Shown here: positions 26,241-40,380 of the stretch, piece by piece
Layout of the letters: every line of letters begins with the position of its first letter
Position numbering within the stretch: position 1 is the stretch's first letter
Assembly (NCBI RefSeq): GCF_006345805.1
Contig: NC_043011.1
Coordinates: forward strand, 39,196,464-39,260,463
Length of the DNA: 64,000 bases
Direction: 5' to 3'
Source of the DNA: Octopus sinensis
Lineage: Eukaryota
Position numbers and translations under genes: made by a program
Notes under the pieces: model-generated
What the model saw: only the letters and a program-made list of their open reading frames with translations
The model's database searches: none
Told to the model about the DNA's origin: nothing

Positions 26241-27671
26241 GGCCAGTTTCCTGACTGACAGAATACCAGTTGGCATATGTGTGTGTGTGTTCTCTTGATA
26301 ATCGTGCAATGTATGTAAATGACTGTCACCATCATACAAGCAGTATCAATTTTACATGGGAGCATATCTAGCCATGGGGGAGTTATTACCTTCTTTGGAA
26401 ATAGGTGTGGGTTGGTGACTGGAAGGGCATCCAGCTGTAGAAATTTCTGCCTTTTCAATGAATTGCATCTCACCCATGCAGGCATCCAAAAGTGAACTTG
26501 AAAATGGTAAAACTACACAGACACACACACAATGAGCGTCTTTCAGTTTCCATCTAGCAAATCTATTTGCATTATCTTCATCAACCCAGAGCTATAGGGA
26601 AAGACACGCGCAGAAGATGCCACAGAACGGGACTGAACTGAGAACCATGTGGTCGGAAAGCAAACTTGATAAATCACATAGCCATGCCTGAGCAATTATG
26701 CAGAGGCCTCACATTCTTGTCTAAATGTTTGTTATGGTATCAAGGAATATCTGCTTCAGTGAAATCCTCTGAAATTCTTCTATTCCCAGCAGCCTCTTCT
26801 CTTGTTTTAACTCTTTACCCTTCAGTTACAATATTAGATTACAAACGGTGAAATCCCATGACATGGCTATTGTAATTTGGTGAATTTTCCGATATCAAAT
26901 AACCGGTATGTAGAACGCTTTCAAGATGAACTGACTCGCTCACTGACCAAGTGGATGTAAAACTGCGATTTGCCGGTTTCGTATATAAGGCATTGTTTAA
27001 TAAATATAGTTGCTCTTATTTATTAAGCGACTCTGTCCATCTTAATATTTTTAAATCTGCTGGTTTAGGAGACAGCGGACTTGCTGCCACCACTATAACC
27101 ACCACTACTGCAGCTGCTGCTGCTGCCGCTGTCGTTTTTGGCTGTGCTTTTTAACTGGTGTCTTACCTTGTTTCGGTTGAAATACACTGCCTTTGTTCCA
27201 ATTAATTCTGAATATAACGAAGAACCTAATGAAAGAACTTTTCCATTCATTATTAAGCTGGCATTTGGAACGTAAATTCGCGTGAAATTTTGCACCACTT
27301 TGAAGAGTTTTAGTTGAACAAACCGACCCCAGGCATAATTTTCTGTAAGCCTAGTACTTATTCTGTCAGTTGTCGAGTGATGGTAGGGGACAAATACAGA
27401 CAGACCCCACACCACTACACACACATATAACATATATACATACATATGTTTCCATCTACCAAGTGGACTTTGTCGATTGAAACAGAAAGAAATCCATTGT
27501 ATGTATGTATACACACACACACAGTGGGCTTCTCTTTCTGTTTCAACCAACAAAGTCCACTCACAAGGCTTTGGTCAACTTGAGGCTATAGTAGAAGGTA
27601 CTTGCCCAAGGTACTATGCAGCGGGACCAAGCCAGGAACCATGTGGTTGGAAAGTAATATATATATATATA

Positions 27672-27890
27672 ATAGTTAATCCAAACATGAAAACTCAAGA
27701 GAAAACACAACAACGCGAGTACGTGGAACGAGTATAGTGTTATTGGACACTCAGGAAAGGAAAGAAAGAAGGAGGATTTACCGTTTTGAGCAAAGCCTTT
27801 CATCAGAAACATAGGAAAAGGAAAGATCCAAGGAAGGGAAGACGGAGGAAAAAAAATCGCCAATGATACACACATAGTAGTCACATATTG
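27672..27890 (-). mobile_element. Short (TA)n-embedded element with a degenerate hammerhead motif (Penelope-like remnant)
   Basis: Minus strand ~27775-27812 reads gttt CTGATGA aaggctttgctc AAAAC gGTA aatc. Confidence 0.5.
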
Positions 27891-29349
27891 AATGTATATA
27901 TAAAAGGAGAGAGAGAGAGAGAGATTGATGAATCGATAGAAATAGTTCCATGTGTACATGGGTTTGTGTCCAGACATCATGTGATGGTTGTAAATAACAT
28001 CAACTTATGAGCAAGGTTGCCTGTTTCCAGTCTTCCATGGAAACCGAGAGTTGGTGACAGGAAGAGCATCCAATCGTTGAAAAGCTTCTGCCACAAATTC
28101 TATCTGACCCATGCAAGCATGGAAAAGTGTACATTAAATGATGACGATGAGGATGCGGGGTCGGGGTGATTGAGATGATGAACTGGTGAACAAGATGAAA
28201 CACAGAAAAAATATATAAAACAGGTGAAAGAAGAAAGACACCACTCTGAAGCTAATCAACAAAGCTGGGCCCAGCCTTCTTTTAATTATATATATGCACA
28301 GTAAGGACTGCAATTTGTGTCCTGCAAATGAACCACTTAGGAATTTTGCAGTGTTGATGCTTGTGCTTAAAGTGGCATCCGATTCTGTCTAGTCTGTTGT
28401 ACCTATTTACAGACAGATGGACTGAGGCATTTGAGATCTCTCTATGCACATTGTTTTTGTGCCTGCAGGTACATGTCTGTGTTATAAACAATTCGTGTTT
28501 GTATTTGTCCTTGTGTTGTATGTCAAAGCTGTACGCAGTTTATAGGAACAATTAGCAAATGAAAAGTCATGTTTCTCTATTTTTCTCTCTATTACATTTT
28601 CTTCCTCTCTCTCTCTCTCTCTTCCCCTCCCCCTCTCCTCCCCTCTCTCTACAATCCTTGTAGCACCGCCACCATGTCTACCTCCACCACCATATCCATC
28701 TACACATTCAGCCTCACCATCAATTCCACTTTCCTCTATCACTACCTCTCTTTCTCTCTCTATCTTTCTCCTTATTTCTCTATCTTTTTATCTCTCTCTT
28801 TATTTCCCTATGTCTCTCTCTCCCCTTATTTCTGTCTTTGTTCACTCTATCTCTCCCTCCCACCATCATCACATCCACCTCCACCACCATATCCACCTGC
28901 ACATTCCCCTCCAGCAACATAGCCACCACTACAAACACATCCACCACTACAACTACCTCCACCACACCCATCCCTACTACCATGCCTACCCCTGCAACAC
29001 CTCCACCACACCCATCTCTACCACCATGCCTACCCCTGCAACACCTCCACCATCAACACCACCATTAAGTCCACCACTGTCACCACCCACACCACCAGCA
29101 CCGCCACCTCATTGATTTCTTAGTCCTTGATTATTTGACAACCTTTTGACGCTTTCCTTTCTTTTGGAAGCACTTAACTTCATCATTATTGTCAAAGCCG
29201 TCGTCGTCGTTGTTGTCGTCAACGTCAATTGGTATAGGTGTTAAATCAGACCCCCACAAGTAGCCAGAATAGATTGGATAGTACTGGTCAATAATGTCCT
29301 TGAAGCTGTATTTCATTGGCCATCTGTAGAAACTAGGCTAAGTCTTACT

Positions 29350-31010
29350 ATCATCTCTCTTTTTCCCTTGCCTTGTTTCCATCTCTCTCTCTTTCTCTCT
29401 TTCCCTTTACTTCTTTCTCTCTCCTCACTCTCTTTCAATTTCTCTCTTTGTTATTTTCTCTATCGCTTCTTTAGTATCTTTTCCCTCTCTCTATTCCCAT
29501 TCTCTTTCCATATTCTCTTTCTCCCTATGTCTCTCTTTCACTTTTTCCTTATTTCTGTCTTTCTCTCTTGATCTTTCCCTCTTTATTTTTCAGTCTCTCT
29601 CCTTATGTCTCTGTCTCTCTCTTTCTCTCTCTCTCTATTTCTCTAACTTTCTGCTTATATCTCTCTTTCTCTATCTCTTTATTTCCCTATCTCTCTCTCT
29701 CTCCTTACCTCTATCTTTGTTCACTCTGTCTGTCTCTGTCTTATCTCTTTCCTTATTTCTCTGTCTCTCTCTCTTTATTTCCCTCTCTCTCTCTCTCTTT
29801 ATTTCTGTCTTCGTTCACTCTATCTCTCCCTCCCTCCTTATTTCTGTCTTCCTCTCTTTCCTTATTTCGCTGTCTTTGTTCTCTCTATCTATCCCTCCTT
29901 ATTTTCTGTCTCTCCTTGGATATCTTCTCTCCTGCTCTGTTGTCCCACCCCTCCCTCCCCTTTCACAGTCTCTCTCTCTCTTTCTCTCTGTGCTTTCATC
30001 TCTTATTCTATTCATTCTCTCTTTCCATTTTCCAGCCACAGTGTTTCTTTTTCACACACACACATACACACACAAGCATATAATCATAGACACACACTGC
30101 TACAGTATTAGTATCCCCCCCCCCCTACACACATGCTCATATATTTTCTTATTCGTTTAATTGTTTCAGTCATTTAACTGTGGCCATGCTGGAGTGCACA
30201 CACACACTTATAGCTCTGCATTGCACACACAAATGTGTACAAATATGGACAAGCTCCTGACCAAGCACACACGCTCATGCACACACACACACACACTTAG
30301 CCTTTTGCATTCCATCCTAATTCTCTCTTTATCTCTCTTTCTCTCTTCCCCCTACCTCCTCTTTACCTTGTTAACCCTCCCCTCTCTAGACATATCTCTC
30401 TCCCTCTCTTCCTCTTTGTTTCCCTCTCTTTTTTTTTCTCTCTCTCTCCTCTCACAATCTTTAAATATTGTCATTGTTTCTTTGTCAGCATCTTTCTCTC
30501 TATTTCAGACTCTCTCTCTCTCTCTCTCTCTCTCCTACACACACATTTTCTCTCTATCTTTTCTGATATGCTTTTTCAACCTCTACATCTATTACACTCT
30601 CCCCTCCTCCTCCTCCTTCAGTCTCTATTTCCCCATGTCTTTATATTACTAAACTTCATCTCTCTCTTTTACCACATTTACAAGTCTCTCTCTCTCTCTT
30701 ACGGCATTTATAAGTCTCTCTCTCTCTCTCTGCATATATTGCCATTCTTTCTCTTTCTATACCTCACCCTCTCTTTTGTCTTCTAGCAGTTCTCTTCTGC
30801 ACTCAACCATCTTTTCATTTTCTGTCTCTACATCAATTGCTATTAATCTCTCTGTCTGTCTGTCTCTCTTTGTTTCCCTCTACATCTCTGATCTTCCTCT
30901 CTTATTCTCTGTTACTGCTTCTTACCTTTCTCTATCTGTGCTCCTTTCCTTACATCCCCTCCTTTCTAATAGCTCCATCTCTAGTAACTCCCCCCCCACA
31001 CACACACACA
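29350..31010. repeat. ~1.6-kb pyrimidine-rich (CT) low-complexity tract
   Basis: Strong C/T bias on the + strand, with internal repeats such as ccttatttctgtct...gttcactctatctctccctcc (also at 28770-28860). Confidence 0.85.
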
Positions 31011-32047
31011 GTATATAAAAACTTGGTTTGTGTCAATCATTGTTAGTCCTTGCACAGTTTGTCAAACTGTAATTTCATTGGCTAATACCTCAGCCAATCG
31101 AATCAGCTATAGTAAGCTATGTCCTCCCTGCTGACCACTGCATGAAACCTAGTGGAGTCCTCATAGATTTTAATATGTTCCTTGTAACTTTATTACTGGA
31201 CAAGCTTTTCTAGTATGTATTGAGATTCGTTAGCACATCAGTAAAAGTGCCTAGCAGGGTTCATTCCAGCTCTTTATGTTTGTGAGTTCAAATCGGGCTG
31301 AGGTCAAATTTGTAGCCTGTTCTCTTAGGGGTTGATAAAGTGTCAGTAAAGTACCAGTTTGCCTTTCATCCTTTCGGGGTCGATAAATTAAGTACCAGTT
31401 ACGCACTGGGGTCGATATAATCAACTTAATCCATTTGTCTGTCCTTGTTTGTCCTCTTTGTGTTTCACCCCTTGTGGGTAGTAAAGAAAAAGGTATTGAT
31501 GCCCCCTATCCCCCTCATATATATCCTTTATCTCTTGAATTTTACTTGTTTCAATCATTTGATTATGGCCATGCTGGAGCCCAACCACCTTAAAGGGTTT
31601 CAGTCACATGTATCTACTCCAGCATTTGTTGTTTTATAAAGCCTGTGGAATGTCTCTATCAGTTTCTTTTCCTGAATCGCTAAGTTATGGGAACACGATC
31701 GACCCAACCCCGGTTTTCGAGCAACGGTGGTGGTGGTGGTGAGACAAACCCACATGCATAAAGATGATTTTTCATTTTTTTAGTCATTTGACTGCAGCCA
31801 TGCTGGAGCACTGGCTTTAGTCAATCAAATTGATCCCAGGACTTTTTCTTTGTAAGCCTAGTACTTATACTGTCAGTCGCTCTTGCTGAACCACTAAGTT
31901 AAATGCACGTAAACACACCAACATCAGTTGTCAGGCAATGGCCGGGGGACAAGCACAGACACACACATACAAGTTTATACATATATGTGTGTATATATGT
32001 ATATATATATATATGTATGTATATATATATATATGTGTGTGTATATA

Positions 32048-32425
32048 TCATCATCATCATCGTTTAACGTCCGTTCTCCATGCTAGCATGGGTTGGACGG
32101 TTCGACAGGGTTCTGGGAAGCCAGAAGGCTGCACCAGGCTCCAGTCTAATCTGGCAATGTTTCTACAGCTGGATGCCCTTCCTAACGCCAACCACTCCGT
32201 GAGTGTAGTGGGTGCTTTTTACGTGCCACCTGCACAGGTGCCAGGCGAGGCTGGCAACGGCCACGGTCGGATTGGTGTATTTTATGTGCCACCAGCACGG
32301 AAGCCAGTCGAGGCGGTGCTGGCATCGGCCACGAGTCGGATAGTGCTTTTTATGTACCACCAGACCAGGGATCCTGGCTGGTTCAATTCGATTTCGATTT
32401 CGCTTGCCCCAACATGTCTTCACAA
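32048..32425 (-). mobile_element. SINE family C (ggttggcgttaggaagggcatccagctgta core, (GAT)n tail)
   Basis: Highly similar to 58345-58598 and to the + strand copy 61741-62036; contains internal repeats of tttta(c/t)gtgccacc. Confidence 0.88.
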
Positions 32426-32490
32426 GTCTCTATATATATATGTGTGTGTGTATGTATATATAATTGTGTGTGTGTGTGTGTATATATAAT

Positions 32491-32526
<36 letters not shown>

Positions 32527-32740
32527 ATTGTGTGTGTGTGTATATAATTGTGTGTGTGTATATAATTGTATGTATGTATGTATGTGTATATCCACATAGA
32601 GGTTTTTCTGTGTTACGTCCACTGGTCAAATCAACTTGTCTTGGTAATATATAAATGTCAAGAATCAAACCTAGCCTACCCACCTATGCTAGCTGTGGGG
32701 GTGGGATGGGGGAAAGAATGGAAAACAGTGAAGTGATCTT

Positions 32741-32778
<38 letters not shown>

Positions 32779-32965
32779 TCATCTGTCTTTCTCTTTCACA
32801 CACACACACCCACACATATATAAGGTCTCATAAAAATGCAAATACACACAGTTGTAGATGCTTGTGTTTCCTTACGCACATGCAAACACATGCTCTCCCC
32901 ACCCCCACACAGGCGCATATACACACATCGCCTCTCCCTCATGTGTACACACTCTCTATCTGCCC

Positions 32966-32997
<32 letters not shown>

Positions 32998-33257
32998 GAT
33001 TCACACACGTATTTGCACTAGCATACACACACACACACTTTCACTCACTCATACACCCATACACACACTCTCTCTCTCTCTCTTTCTCGCTGCCACTTGC
33101 ACACACATGGAATTACCCACATAGACACATGGTTGTTCAAACACATAAGCCCTCATGTTGCACAAACACACATGAGTACCCTCTCTCTCTCTCACACAAC
33201 ACACATACATACACACACAAGGTCTCTCACATGCACATGCGCTCACATATACTGAGA

Positions 33258-33333
<76 letters not shown>

Positions 33334-34120
33334 CTCTCACACCCATGTTCCCTGTCACACACATAGAAACACAACTGCTGCACAGACAAACATTCACACA
33401 CACAGACACACACACTCTTATGCAGTCTTATATACACACACTCATGCTGTCCTATACACACACACACACACTCTCACACATGCACACCCACATTCCCCAT
33501 CACACACACACACAATCGTAGACAAACACCCACATATATACACACTCACACAGTCTTACACACACAATTCTTTGTCCTGATGTTGCTGTAATTTCTAATA
33601 AATTTCCTTGACATTTTTCCAGCTTTGTGCACTTTAAATTTCATTGTGCTATGGACTGTGTTTACACAGTGACGTTCTCCCCTATTCACAGGTGCATACG
33701 GTAGCGCTTGTCTACACTGCACACCCCTTACACTGCAGATACACAGCGATTGCCGATATGGATATTACAAAAAAAGAGAAAGAGAGAAAAAGGAAAATGT
33801 TTGTTATTAAGTCTTTACTCAGAGGAGCAGACTTAATATTCTTTAACAGTTCTGAGTAAACAGAACAAAGCTATCAAGGAATTTCGAGGAGAGAACACAA
33901 TATGTGTGTGTGTGTGTGTGTGTAATCATATATATATATACACACGCATGCACACACATATATATTCATACATAGGTATATAGAGTGATCTCTGTGTGTC
34001 TATGTATGTATGTACTTGTGTGTAATGCCTGCATACATACACACACATACATAACGTGTATACTTGCCTGTGTATGTATTTGTGTATAATGTGTGCATAT
34101 AGATGTGTGTGTATGTGTAT

Positions 34121-34167
<47 letters not shown>

Positions 34168-34552
34168 GGCACAGATATGTCTGTGTGCTGAGAAGCTTGC
34201 TCCTCAACAACATGGTTTCAGGTTCAGTCCCACTGCGTGGCACCTTGGGCAGGTGTTTTCTACTATTGCCTCAGGCCGACCAAAGTCTTGTGAATGAATT
34301 TGGTAGGCAGAAACTGAAAGAAGCCTGTCATATATATGTATATATATATGTGTGTGTATGTGTATATTTTTGTGAGTGTCTGTGTTTGTCCCCTATCCAT
34401 CGTTTGTCAATTGATGTTGGTGTGTTTACTTCCCCGTAACTTAGCAGTTCGGCAAAGAATAAGTCCAGGGTTTGATTTGTTCAACTAAAGATGCTGCTCC
34501 AGCATGGCCATAGTCAGATGACTGAAACAAGTGAAAGAGTAAAGGGTAAAAG
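34168..34552 (+). mobile_element. SINE family A, full length
   Basis: 5' module, (TA/TG)n, then 3' module ending gactgaaacaagtgaaagagtaaa. Confidence 0.88.
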
Positions 34553-34887
34553 AGAGTATATGTATATATGTATGTTTGTGTGTGTGTGTATATATATATG
34601 CATATGCACCAACACATGTACATATAAAAGAGCATAGGGTGCTTCTCAAACCTTTGACTCTGGGTACGGTTCTCATGTGACAAGTGTCTTCTATTTTAGT
34701 CTCAAGTAACCAAAAACCTTGAGACTGGAATTAGGTAGATGAAAGCATTCAGTGTGTGTGTGTCACGTGTGTGAGTAAGTCAGTGTTCCTGGGAGCCTAT
34801 GTCATTGACTGAAACACTTCAAAATTTTGCCCCAGACTGGCCGTTGTTGGATGACAATCTAGCAAAAGAATTATAGAATAATGTGTA

Positions 34888-35056
34888 GTTGCAGGTGTGG
34901 TTGTGTGGTAAGAAGCTTGTTTTCCAACCATATGGTTCCAGGTTCAGTCCCACTTTGCGGCAGCTTGGGCAGTTGTCTTCTACTATAGCCTCGAGCCAAT
35001 GAAAGACTATTTAGTGGAGTTGGTAGGCAGAAACTGAAGGAATCCTGTCGTTTATA

Positions 35057-35115
<59 letters not shown>

Positions 35116-35330
35116 TTCTTTGTCTGTGCTTGCCCCCCGATTGACAACCGGTGTTGGTGTGTTTATGGCCCTGTAACTTAGTGGTTCTGCAAAAGACACT
35201 GATAGAATAAGTATTAGGCTTGGAAATGTAAGTGCTAGGGTTGATTTGTTCAACCAAGACTTCTCCAGGCGGCGCTCCGGCGTGGCCGCGGTCATATGAC
35301 TGAAACAAGTAAAAGAATGAAAGAAAGAAT
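34888..35330 (+). mobile_element. SINE family A, full length
   Basis: Same two-module structure. Confidence 0.88.
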
Positions 35331-35348
35331 ATCCTTACACATCTGTGC

Positions 35349-35409
<61 letters not shown>

Positions 35410-37254
35410 TACATATACATTCATAAAGACATATCTACACACATACTTACACACACACATATACGTGATATATATATATATATATATGGTGTATGTGTAT
35501 ACACCCACACACACACACACACACACACACTTGTATTGGTGTGTGTATATAACCCATCTGTCTGGAACACAAACGAACCAGATGAAACACCACAATCTCC
35601 AACAAAGCACCAATGCTGTTACAGAAGCAATAAAAGAATTCTAAAGAGAGCAATTTGCACAGAATGTACTACGCATGTCGTCATCGTTGCCGTCGTCATC
35701 ATCATCACCATCTCCATGAACAACAAAGCTAGAATTAGTTACTTTTAAATCCTGAATCGCTACAGAATAATAGCGACTCGAGCACCATCAAAAGTGGCAC
35801 CGACTCGTGTCTCTTTCTATCTACGGCCTACCTTAAATCTCTCGCAGTCAAAACACGCGTAAACAATACGGTGACCGACATGAATATCACATTTAAATTT
35901 ACATGAACGTCAGTCTGGCCAGGCTGCTGAGAGAGAGCGAATCTGTGTGGTACTTAGTCTTGCTAGAAGTAGCAGTCAAATCTCTCTCTCTCTCTCTCTC
36001 TCTAATCACATTCTGCTGTTGTGAAAGGAGGACACATTCGTTAACGTAGTTGTTAGTACACTATATATGAAGAATAAACTGACTAATGTAGTCCTAGATA
36101 CATTATGGATGATGTACTCCTAGATGCACTTAGTCTGAAGGATATCAGCTAATTTATTCCTAGATACATCAAGGTAGAAATACATATTAGATAATGTAAC
36201 TTCATTATGTGTGAAGGACACATTGGATAATGTAGTCCTAGGTACATGAAGGCAGAAGTATACATTAGATAATGTAACCAGTGCTGGTGTGTTTACGTCC
36301 CCATAACTTATTGGTTCAGCAAAAGAGACTGACAGAATAACTACCGGGCTTGGAAGAAAAACTAAAATATAAAAAAGGACTGGAGTTAACTCATTCAACT
36401 TCAAATTCCTGAAGGTGGTGCCCCAGTATGACTGCAGCCTAGTAACTGAAACAAGTAAAAAAAAAAAAAGTTTGGGAAAAAATAATAAAAGAACTACCCA
36501 GTCCAGAAATCGAAACCACAATCTTGCAATCATTAGTGCAACAGCCTAACAACTAAGCCATGTGCTTCCTTATGTCTGATGAACACATCATATAACATAG
36601 TTGTTGATGCAGTATAATTGAAGGACGAATGAAATAATAAAGTCCTAGATCCAATCCTTTTTAGTAATCAATAGATGATGGCAGTCTTCTACATTCTTCT
36701 TTTTCTTCTTCTTCTCTTTTTTCTGACTTCACACTGCGTACTGCAAACAGACAAACATTTAGCATTTGGCAAGGCATCTGGCTATAAAACCACTGCCTTG
36801 GAATATCCCAGTTAAACAATTCTAGCTTGGAAAGGCAGACATAAAGCCTTATGGTAATTACGGTAATTTTACATTCCAATCTTTAACCAGCTGGAAGCAA
36901 TTGCCAACAGAATGTGTAAATATTTGGTCTGTTCACAGTGACAGAAGGGAGAGAGAGAGAGAGAGAGACAGAGAGAGAGAATTTCTTTATTCACCATAAG
37001 GTTGAGAAAAAGAGGGGACAATACGGGGGGGACAGACAAAACAAACGTTGGGGGTCAGGGTATCGAATGAGCCGGAACGTATGAATAAACAAACAATTAA
37101 AATAGAGAGGAAGGAGGGAGCAGCCGTAATTCTACAAATGCTTGTATTTTGATTTTTTTTTAGTCATTGCCATGCTGGAGCACCACTATGATGGGGATTA
37201 AGCTATTGGTTTTTGACCAGGTTCCATAGGACCATTCGAAGTCCATGTGGAACT

Positions 37255-37475
37255 GTGTGGCTTAGTGGTTAGGGGTGTTGGATTCATGATCGTAAGATTG
37301 TGGTTTCAATTCCTGGACCAGGAGACGCGTTGTGTTTTTGAGTAAAACACTTCACTTCACAATGCTCCAGTCCACTCAGCTGGCAGAAATGAGTAACTCT
37401 GCGATAGACTGGCATCCCATCCAGGTGGGGAATATGTACACCATAGAAAGTGGGAAACTGGTCCTCATGAGTCAG
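37255..37475 (+). mobile_element. Mosaic SINE: family F head plus family D-like 3' half
   Basis: Head matches 25930/62987; ctgcgatagactggcatcccatccaggtgggga...gaaac matches 14669-14740. Confidence 0.75.
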
Positions 37476-37675
37476 TTATTTTTCTTTTCCCTATTGGAAG
37501 TCCATATGAGGCATTTAGTAATGGTGTCGTAAGTGCCACCCCAGCCATCTTGCTCAAGAATACAACAAACAGCCCAGTCTGAGAATTGGACATGCTATCT
37601 CATGATTGTAAGCCTAACGCTCTAACCACTGAGCCATACGCCTTAATAATAATAATAGTAGTAATAATAATAATA

Positions 37676-38045
37676 GCAAGAGCACTCAGAGAGCACAAAC
37701 CTCCACCAAGGCAACACCAATGTCTTCGTCTTCTCAACGATTAGCCAGAGATGATTTTTAAAATGAGAATATCTGAATTAAACTCGACTGCTCTTACAAA
37801 CGAGAATGCTAAAAATGAACCCGTCTGCTCTTTAAAAATTAAGTAAAAAGAAAAAAAAAAACAGGAAAGATAACCCAGAATCCTTGTCTGGTACTGGATC
37901 AATTCCAAAATCTAATCAGTTTGTGCCAGTTACGAGGCCAAACATCCCTGAAAGTTTCATCTGAATCCATCCAGTGGTTCTTGAGATATCTTGTCCATGG
38001 ACAAACAAACAAACAATGCCTCTGCCTTCGCTAAGGTGGAGGTAA
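37676..38045 (-). mobile_element. Helentron-associated non-autonomous element (HINE/DINE-1-like)
   Basis: Subterminal inverted repeats acctccacc (~37699) and ggtggaggt (38035-38043), terminal hairpin gcactcagagagc, and a (TTTG)n run after the minus-strand start ttacctccacc. Confidence 0.7.
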
Positions 38046-38464
38046 TACTGCTTAGCAGCATTTTGTCTCTCTTGACATTCTGAGTTCAAATTCAGCTGAG
38101 GTCGACCTTTTTTTTTTTTTTGCATCCTTTCGGGATTGATAGAGTAAATACTAGGCCAGGACTGCAGACTGATGTAATCTTCTTACCCTTCCCTGCCCAA
38201 ACTGCTGTTATTGTTGTTATTGTTGTTGAGGAGGAATTGGAGAGCTGGCAGAATTGTAACCCCCTTCCCCAAACAGCAAAATCCTGCTAAGCTTCTTTAC
38301 ATTCTCAGTTCAAATTTCCCTGAGGTTGATATGCTGTCTTGAATCCTTTTGTAGGGGCTCAGTAAAATAAAAACCAGTTGTGTGCTGCGGGGTCAATGTA
38401 ATCAACTGGTCCCCTTTTTTCCATATTGCAAGCCTTGTGCGTACAGTAGAGAAGACTGTTCTTT

Positions 38465-38838
38465 TATCTTTTTTACTTGTTTCAGCCATTTGACAGCGGC
38501 CATGCTGGAGCACTACCTTAATCAAACAAAATCACCCCCGGGACTTATTCTTTGTAAGCCTAGTACTCATTCTATAGGTCTCTTTTGCTGAACTGCTAAG
38601 TTACAGGGATGTAAACACACCAACATCGGTTGTCAAGTAATGATGGAGGGGGAATGGATATACACACACATACATGATGGGCTTCTTTCAGTTTCCGTCT
38701 ACCAAATCCACTCACAAGGCTTTGGCTGGTCTGAGGCTATAGCAGAAGACATATGCCCAAGGTGCCATGCAGTAAGTAGGACTGAACCCAGAACCACGTT
38801 GTTGGTAAGCAAGCTACTCACCACAGAGCCACTCCCGG
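38465..38838 (-). mobile_element. SINE family A, full length
   Basis: Reverse complement of the 50526-50935 type. Confidence 0.88.
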
Positions 38839-39157
38839 GCCTGTTGTTGTCATATTTGTTTTGTTGTTTCTGTTTAATTAGAAGAAGAAATTGTTAAAAG
38901 TACATTGAAACTCCAGTGGAATGAACCATAATGAAGCAATTTTATGATAAAATAGTTATCATTTTTCATGAAATATGTTAATGGTGGTGGTGGTGGTGGT
39001 GGTGGTGGGTAGAGGTTCAAGGTAAGAACCTCTTTCTTTGTGTATTTCTGTGCGTGTGAATATGCTTCTGTAGTTTTTGAGAAGACCATTAGAATAAAAA
39101 TAGATTTATAAAGTATCAGGTTTTATGTAAACCAGTGTGTAGGAGTGTGTGTGTGTG

Positions 39158-39190
<33 letters not shown>

Positions 39191-39225
39191 CTTTTTACAC
39201 ACAACCATATGTACTCATGTACACA

Positions 39226-39270
<45 letters not shown>

Positions 39271-39529
39271 GTATATATATTTATATATACACACACCATA
39301 TATATATATATATACATACATTCACATATGTGTCAATGTTTTCTTGGTATTCATTTATGAAGCACAATAGTGATAAAGTTTGTGTCTAAGGTTTACTTGA
39401 GGCAAATCTTCAGGGACAAGAGAACTTGCTGCTGCTTGCTTATAATTGAAAATTTTCTTCTGGAACAATAGTTACAATAATGTACTGTTACACTAATAAG
39501 ATTGTTATTAATAAATATATATATACAAT

Positions 39530-39571
<42 letters not shown>

Positions 39572-39825
39572 TAATAGTAATAATGATAATGATAATAATA
39601 ATAATAGTAATAATAATAATGATGATTCATTGTTTTATTGGCCAAAAGGGCTAACAAATGCAATATGACGAAACCAGACAATACAAAGGGTTTTTTTAGA
39701 ATGGATAAAATGAAATAACAAAGATTTTTTTTTTTCCTTAGGTATAAATTCAGAATTGGTCCTTTCACACTGACCATTTTCCCAACATTCACCCTAATAA
39801 TAATAATAATAATAATAATAATAGT

Positions 39826-40380
39826 AAGTACCCTAATGCAGTACCAGGCAGTGGCTCTCCTGGCTACTGATCTTAACTGATTGCAAGTGTTATCATGTAC
39901 ATTGTTTTCTCTTGGTATAAAAGATGGGCTAGAGCAAATATTCTGCTCAATACCACAGATTTGCTTGTCAGTTGTTTGACCGTAAGCAGTTGAGCATGTC
40001 CCTTAGTGGCTGACGATATGTGCGTCTCTGACCGCGAGCAAAAATAGTGGGGGAGCATCATAGCCATATGTTGAGAGGAAGTCTTTGGGATTTGGATAAT
40101 TCACCTTCGGAAATATGGCTGGTTTGTTCAACATCCTTAAACAATCCTTATTCAGGGATCTTTTGAGCAGGATGGGCTACTCGACCAGAAGAAAATTCTA
40201 ACTGGGCCCCAACCACAAGGTCATGCACTGTTTATCTTGATATGAGATCACCATGTTGCACACATATGTTTGTAATGCATGTGTACCCTTATCAGATGGG
40301 TAATTATGATGGGTATACTGGGCTTTGTATATTTTACCCCAGTGTCACTTTGATGGCATGCACTGCTCTCTCACTCAATA
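39826..40380 (+). mobile_element. ~550-bp non-coding retroelement-like repeat (family G) in an (AAT)n tract
   Basis: Inverted homolog at 52154-52697; ends ...ctgctctctcactc(aat)n. Confidence 0.8.

Noticed and set aside
32655-33521. Longest ORF (288 aa, His/Thr/Leu/Ser-rich)
   Set aside because: Made of (CA)n and (CT)n low-complexity sequence.
35727-35810. agctagaattag...aaaagtggcaccga resembling the SpCas9 sgRNA/tracrRNA scaffold
   Set aside because: Only 11/12 and 14-nt matches, wrong spacing (51 versus 35 nt), no nexus sequence, broken terminal hairpin and no cas genes; best explained as chance.
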